From positions 609,008-673,007 of the forward strand of contig JAVLKG010000003.1 in the NCBI GenBank assembly GCA_032128875.1: DNA of 64,000 nt, written 5' to 3'. The DNA comes from Candidatus Melainabacteria bacterium 17Bon1m. GTDB taxonomy: Bacteria > Cyanobacteriota > Vampirovibrionia > Obscuribacterales > Obscuribacteraceae. Both the position numbers and the translations under genes were made by a program. Positions 59,688-64,000 of the stretch are shown one piece after another. How positions within the stretch are numbered: position 1 is the first letter of the stretch; each line of letters starts with the position of its first letter. A model generated the notes under the pieces. It ran no database searches, was not told the origin of the DNA, and saw nothing but the letters and a program-made list of their open reading frames with translations.

Positions 59688-60653
59688 TTATTGCACAACT
59701 GGGATGACTTCAGCTGAGTTTTCTCGCTCTGCGAGCAAGCTCAAGAGGTTCTTTTCAATGGTCATAGATATCTCGTCCAACGGCAGATGGCTGAGATTGT
59801 GGACGTTGAACGGGTTCTGCAGTTCTACCCCGAGTTGATCAAGTGAGAAAAGAGGGTAGGCGACGAGCATCGTCACTAAAGGGACGAGAAAAAAATTGTC
59901 CAGAGAGTGCAGAAGCGCGAATGGCAAGGTAAGTACAAACAATGCAATAAATCTGCGAATCTTTATGGAGTACGCCTGAGCTAATGGCGTCTTCAATATT
60001 CGCTCGCAGGCGCCGATATGATCTATCAGCTGCGCACGTTCTCGATCGACTTGCATGTAGGCGAAGCTGTCAATGTCTCCTTTTTCTAGCGCTTCTTTCA
60101 GAAGCAATCCTAGATTCAAGGAGATTGTGCTCGGCGGATGGCGCGTATCCAAAATTTGTGAAGCCGTCTGCGGACCTAGAAGCGCATTTAACTCTTTGGA
60201 AGAATTTTGTCCCCGCAAGACTAGTCTCGCCGAATGCGGAAACGAAGCGGCTAAGCGCACAAATTTCTCGCGCCACGTTTGGTCTTGTGGTCCGTAAGCT
60301 AGCGCAGAAATCGTGATGTTGCGAGACTGGTTGACTATGCCGCCCCAAAGCTTTCTTGCTTCCCACCAGCGGTCATATCCAGCATTTGTTCTTAATACCA
60401 ACAGCAATCCCAGTGCGGTTCCAATGAACTCGTAAGGAGTCAATTCAAGTGAAAGTCGGACGCCTAGGTATTTTTGCGTCAGTGCCGCTACCGCACAGAT
60501 GAGCGAAGCCACCACTCCGACAGTGAGCACGTTCGGCAACACGTGCGGAGTAATTGATCCTTGTATGGCAAAGGCATCAAACCAAAATGATTCCCACTTG
60601 CTGCTAGATGACGCTGTTGAGGGAAAGTCTTGGTTTTGAGATTGCTGTGACAT
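59688..60653 (-). CDS. Bestrophin-family (YneE-like) channel
   Basis: LLLVLRTNAGYDRWWEARKLWG, CERILKTP, ELQNPF. Confidence 0.9.
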   Translation of the reverse strand: MSQQSQNQDFPSTASSSSKWESFWFDAFAIQGSITPHVLPNVLTVGVVASLICAVAALTQKYLGVRLSLELTPYEFIGTALGLLLVLRTNAGYDRWWEARKLWGGIVNQSRNITISALAYGPQDQTWREKFVRLAASFPHSARLVLRGQNSSKELNALLGPQTASQILDTRHPPSTISLNLGLLLKEALEKGDIDSFAYMQVDRERAQLIDHIGACERILKTPLAQAYSIKIRRFIALFVLTLPFALLHSLDNFFLVPLVTMLVAYPLFSLDQLGVELQNPFNVHNLSHLPLDEISMTIEKNLLSLLAERENSAEVIPVVQ

Positions 60654-61281
60654 CAGAAGCCTCCAATATTTCAGCAAACTGACCAGATTTGCTGTCATAA
60701 CTAAAAACTTGTCCTGTCTCGATTTTGTATGTCCATCCGTGCAGGTTGATCTCGCCTCGAGACAATTTCACAGCCACTGCTGGGTGCGTTTTCAAATTCT
60801 CTAATTGAACCAGAACGTTTTCCTGAATGGCGACATTGAGAAGCTCTTCAGCGTTCAAACCGGCGTCAATGTAATTTTCTTCGACAATGCGTCGAGTGGC
60901 TTCTGCGTGCGACAACCACGAAACTACACTCGGAAGTTTTTTGATTGATTCAAGATTGAGTAGCCCTTTTACCGCTCCGCACAGCGAATGTCCGCATACG
61001 ATAATGTCCTTGACGCCCAGACCCGCAATAGCGAATTCAATAGTAGCGCCTTCCCCACCGTTTGCTGCACCAAAAGGCGGAATTATATTGCCGGCATTTC
61101 TGAGAATAAAAAGGTCACCAGGCTGTGTCTGAGTGATGAGATTGGGATTTATCCTTGAATCGGAACACGTAATGAATAGAGCGTCCGGACTCTGTCCTTG
61201 CGCCAATCTTTCGAAGAGCTCCTGATGACTCTCAAAAACTCTAGATTGAAAGTGATGCAGACCCGTGATGAGTTTTTGCAT
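60604..61281 (-). CDS. Beta-class carbonic anhydrase
   Basis: GQSP, ITCSDSR, RNAGN, CGHSLCGA. Confidence 0.95.
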   Translation of the reverse strand: MQKLITGLHHFQSRVFESHQELFERLAQGQSPDALFITCSDSRINPNLITQTQPGDLFILRNAGNIIPPFGAANGGEGATIEFAIAGLGVKDIIVCGHSLCGAVKGLLNLESIKKLPSVVSWLSHAEATRRIVEENYIDAGLNAEELLNVAIQENVLVQLENLKTHPAVAVKLSRGEINLHGWTYKIETGQVFSYDSKSGQFAEILEASDVTAISKPRLSLNSVI

Positions 61282-61528
61282 GTAAAGCTCCTTTACTACC
61301 TCTAAACGCCTACCCTTTTAGGAAGCCAAATATTGCGAACCCTTTTTACCGCTGACTCAAACTCGTGAGGCTCTGCCTGAAACGGTCCTGCAAATTGAAG
61401 TCCGCCGAGAATCCAAACAACCCGAGATTTCGAAAACGCATTGTTGCGAAGCTCAAATATGCAAAAGTTTGCATGTTTGAATATAACATCTTTGCTGGCT
61501 GTTGCGCAAGTCTCCCCGCCCTGTAAGC

Positions 61529-63592
61529 TCAGTTAACTGATTTGTCCTTAAGGATGTACACTCCGCCTTCTTCAGCGGCAATGTATATGATTCCGTTTTT
61601 CGCCTCGATATCGGAAGCGGAAAGTGGTATCGCGCTGAGATCAACGGTGCCTACTAGTTTTGGATTTTTCGGGTTGCTGATGTCGACTGAGTTGACCTGC
61701 ATAAATCCTTGAACGTAGGCTCGGTTGCCTTCTATTTTCAATCTATCGGCCTGTTTGATTTTGATCGAGCTTACACGCTTCAATCTACCTGATGTGGTTC
61801 TGTCAAGGATGCTAAGTTCTCTGTCGCCCCAGATGCTGCCTTCCAGAACATACAGGTGTCGTGTATCAGTGTCGAGCGCAAATGCTTTTTGATCAATTTC
61901 TGTCTGTGCAATTTTTTTGAGGTGTTGGGGATCTTTGGTGTCGAAGACAAGGAGCAGCGTCTCTTTCGGTCCTGTATCCGTCACAACGTAGAGGAAGTCG
62001 TCATGAGCACTCAGAATATCCGCGCCTGTCTTGATCGGATGGAAGAAGCGCTGCGCGCCGGATTTTTTGAAGATATGTACACCGTCTTCTGCAGCAGTGA
62101 AAACATAGTTTTTATTGCAAGCTAATTCACGATTTGACTTATCTACCTTTTGCGACCATTTCTCTTTGAAGGTGCCATCTGGCTGCTTCTCCAGGAGGGT
62201 AGTCACTGTAATGCGTGAGCCTTTGGAAGGAAACCGCTCATCAGCAACGACAATGTCGGAGTCAGATTGGCACATTGCGCGCACCCCTTTGAAGTTCAAC
62301 GTTTGAACAGCGGGTGACGTCTTATCTTCTGGTTTTGAATGGAAAGACTGAACTTCAGATGGATTGGATGTCGCATATAGTGTTTCGTCCATAAGCGCCA
62401 GCATTTGCGCATCGCCGCCAAGATGGTGGCGTGACACCAAAAGTGGTGTAAATGGATCGCTTATGTCTACGATTGCGAGGTCACCGGCATTCGTCGTTGC
62501 ATACAGCTTTGTGCCTTCTACATCAAGGTCCACAATGCCCGTAATAACTGTGCTTGTGGATAATGTCTTTGGTTTTTTTCTATCGTGAATGTCAATAATC
62601 ATCAAACCTGAAGACGTGCCGATGAATGCAAATCCATTGCGAATCGTGGCGCCTGTCCCATACCAATATGCTGGAACATCAAGGCTTGATGCCAGTTGCG
62701 GCTTTTTTCCCTCGATACTAAGAATTGAAATTCCAGCATCCGGTGAATCTCCAGCTATTACGATCGTATTGCCTTCAACAGCGGCGGCTCCACGTCTAAG
62801 CCCACGTCCACCGGCTTTCCATTCGCCAAGTTTTACTGGGCTGCGTGGGTTTTTGATATCAAACAATCGCAATCCTTGATCTTCATCGATCACGCACAAG
62901 CGGTTAGCATCGATGCAAACATTCAATGCATCCAGGGTTTCCGAACTCTTTTCAGGCGTGTCCTTGAAACTAACAGTCGATGGAGAGGTCGGGTTCTTCA
63001 CATCAATGATTTCCAGCCCGTTCATTCCAGAGGCGATGTATGCGCACTCTGCACCGATAGCGACATTCTTTGGCGCAGCCATGTGTCCGTAGGCGGCAAC
63101 TTCGCGCGGTGAGTCCGGCTTGCTTACGTCGATTATTCGCAATCCGCCCCGCCCATTGCAGACGTATGCGAAATTGCGTTCTACTTTGATATTGCTGATT
63201 TGACCTAAGAGAAGGAGTGAGCCCACAGTTTCCACATGCTGCGGGTCTTGGATGTTTACTACCAGCATTGTTTCACCGGCGCCAATGTACGCGTATTTGC
63301 CTTCAACCGCGATTGCCGACAGTTTTCCGCCTTTCTGGGCGACCACGTCGATGTTCTTACTGGGCGGCAGGCGAGGGATGTCGAAGCGCTTCTGGCTAAA
63401 AATGTCGTAGCCGGTTATTAATTGTGTAAATGCAGCAAGGCGCCACAAACCGGCACTCTGCACGTATGCAGCGACCACGATGAACGCTGAAGCTGTCACC
63501 CACATCAATAGAAGGGGCGATATCCTTACGCGTCTTCCAGGCACCTTGGGCGCCGGTTGTGATACTTGCTCTTCCACAGAAGTGTCCTGCAA
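61529..63592 (-). CDS. LVIVD-repeat beta-propeller protein
   Basis: Repeated YAY.A....GL.IIDVS.P..P units, N-terminal TM. Confidence 0.85.
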   Translation of the reverse strand: MQDTSVEEQVSQPAPKVPGRRVRISPLLLMWVTASAFIVVAAYVQSAGLWRLAAFTQLITGYDIFSQKRFDIPRLPPSKNIDVVAQKGGKLSAIAVEGKYAYIGAGETMLVVNIQDPQHVETVGSLLLLGQISNIKVERNFAYVCNGRGGLRIIDVSKPDSPREVAAYGHMAAPKNVAIGAECAYIASGMNGLEIIDVKNPTSPSTVSFKDTPEKSSETLDALNVCIDANRLCVIDEDQGLRLFDIKNPRSPVKLGEWKAGGRGLRRGAAAVEGNTIVIAGDSPDAGISILSIEGKKPQLASSLDVPAYWYGTGATIRNGFAFIGTSSGLMIIDIHDRKKPKTLSTSTVITGIVDLDVEGTKLYATTNAGDLAIVDISDPFTPLLVSRHHLGGDAQMLALMDETLYATSNPSEVQSFHSKPEDKTSPAVQTLNFKGVRAMCQSDSDIVVADERFPSKGSRITVTTLLEKQPDGTFKEKWSQKVDKSNRELACNKNYVFTAAEDGVHIFKKSGAQRFFHPIKTGADILSAHDDFLYVVTDTGPKETLLLVFDTKDPQHLKKIAQTEIDQKAFALDTDTRHLYVLEGSIWGDRELSILDRTTSGRLKRVSSIKIKQADRLKIEGNRAYVQGFMQVNSVDISNPKNPKLVGTVDLSAIPLSASDIEAKNGIIYIAAEEGGVYILKDKSVN

Positions 63593-63670
63593 TACATCAC
63601 CGATTCAGCAGTAAGTTCTACTGAATAGATGTGATTTTTAGGCCACAGTTCCGTTTATCCGTTTATCGGG

Positions 63671-64000
63671 TTAAAGGATTGTTTTTAAATGCTTGACCAG
63701 CAAATGGTTCTCGGCTGGGCGGCCGGTTGTTACACGGAAGCAAGTCGGCAGTCCGAAAGCAGCCAGCGGGCGGATTGCGATGCCGCGCTTCAGCAGTTCT
63801 TCGTGAATGCGATTGACCTTTTCCTGGCAATTCATCTCAACGAGGATGAAATTGCCATGCGAGGGCACCCGCTGCAGTCCAAGCTTGTCAAAAGCATCTT
63901 GCAAGAAAGCCATCGCATGACGATTGTTTGCGAGTGTTTCTTCCAGGAAGTCTTCATCTTGTAGAGCTGCCAAACCAGCGGCTTGTGCCAGTGAATTGGG
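63671..64000 (-). CDS. hisC: Histidinol-phosphate aminotransferase, 3' part (5' end off the window)
   Basis: NSLAQAAGLAALQD, PSHGNFILV, GIAIR, RVTTG...EN. Confidence 0.8.
   Translation of the reverse strand, partial: PNSLAQAAGLAALQDEDFLEETLANNRHAMAFLQDAFDKLGLQRVPSHGNFILVEMNCQEKVNRIHEELLKRGIAIRPLAAFGLPTCFRVTTGRPAENHLLVKHLKTIL

Overview
Bacterial chromosomal window (roughly 50% GC by eye) with dense coding on both strands. I saw no rRNA, tRNA, CRISPR array, prophage or intact transposase. The gene mix suggests a non-photosynthetic cyanobacterial relative (Melainabacteria/Obscuribacterales-like); this is inference only. That mix includes many TPR proteins, a Ser/Thr kinase-TPR, an SLH/glycine-zipper protein, a roadblock protein and an MBOAT + SGNH-like pair. 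Recognisable genes: APC-type transporter, rhodanese, AlgI-like MBOAT cluster, archaeal-type aspS, MGDG-synthase-like glycosyltransferase, rhomboid-TPR, yqeG, uppS, mutS, tspO, photolyase, xth, ald, thiolase, tdk, a degenerate aspA-like gene, 5'-nucleotidase, tusA, hppD, a two-component/GGDEF pair, heme oxygenase, katG, fasciclin, carbonic anhydrase-bestrophin, an LVIVD protein and partial hisC. The main finding is an apparently complete leader-peptide transcription attenuator upstream of aspS. It has a sigma70 promoter, a leader ORF with 11 consecutive Asp/Asn codons, an ~18-bp antiterminator and a mutually exclusive intrinsic terminator. Secondary findings: phased KdpE/OmpR-like boxes upstream of the APC transporter, a probable CTG start codon, an AspA homolog lacking its catalytic loop, an ECF-type promoter before tspO, REP-like repeats and a speculative UGA read-through (UxxC).
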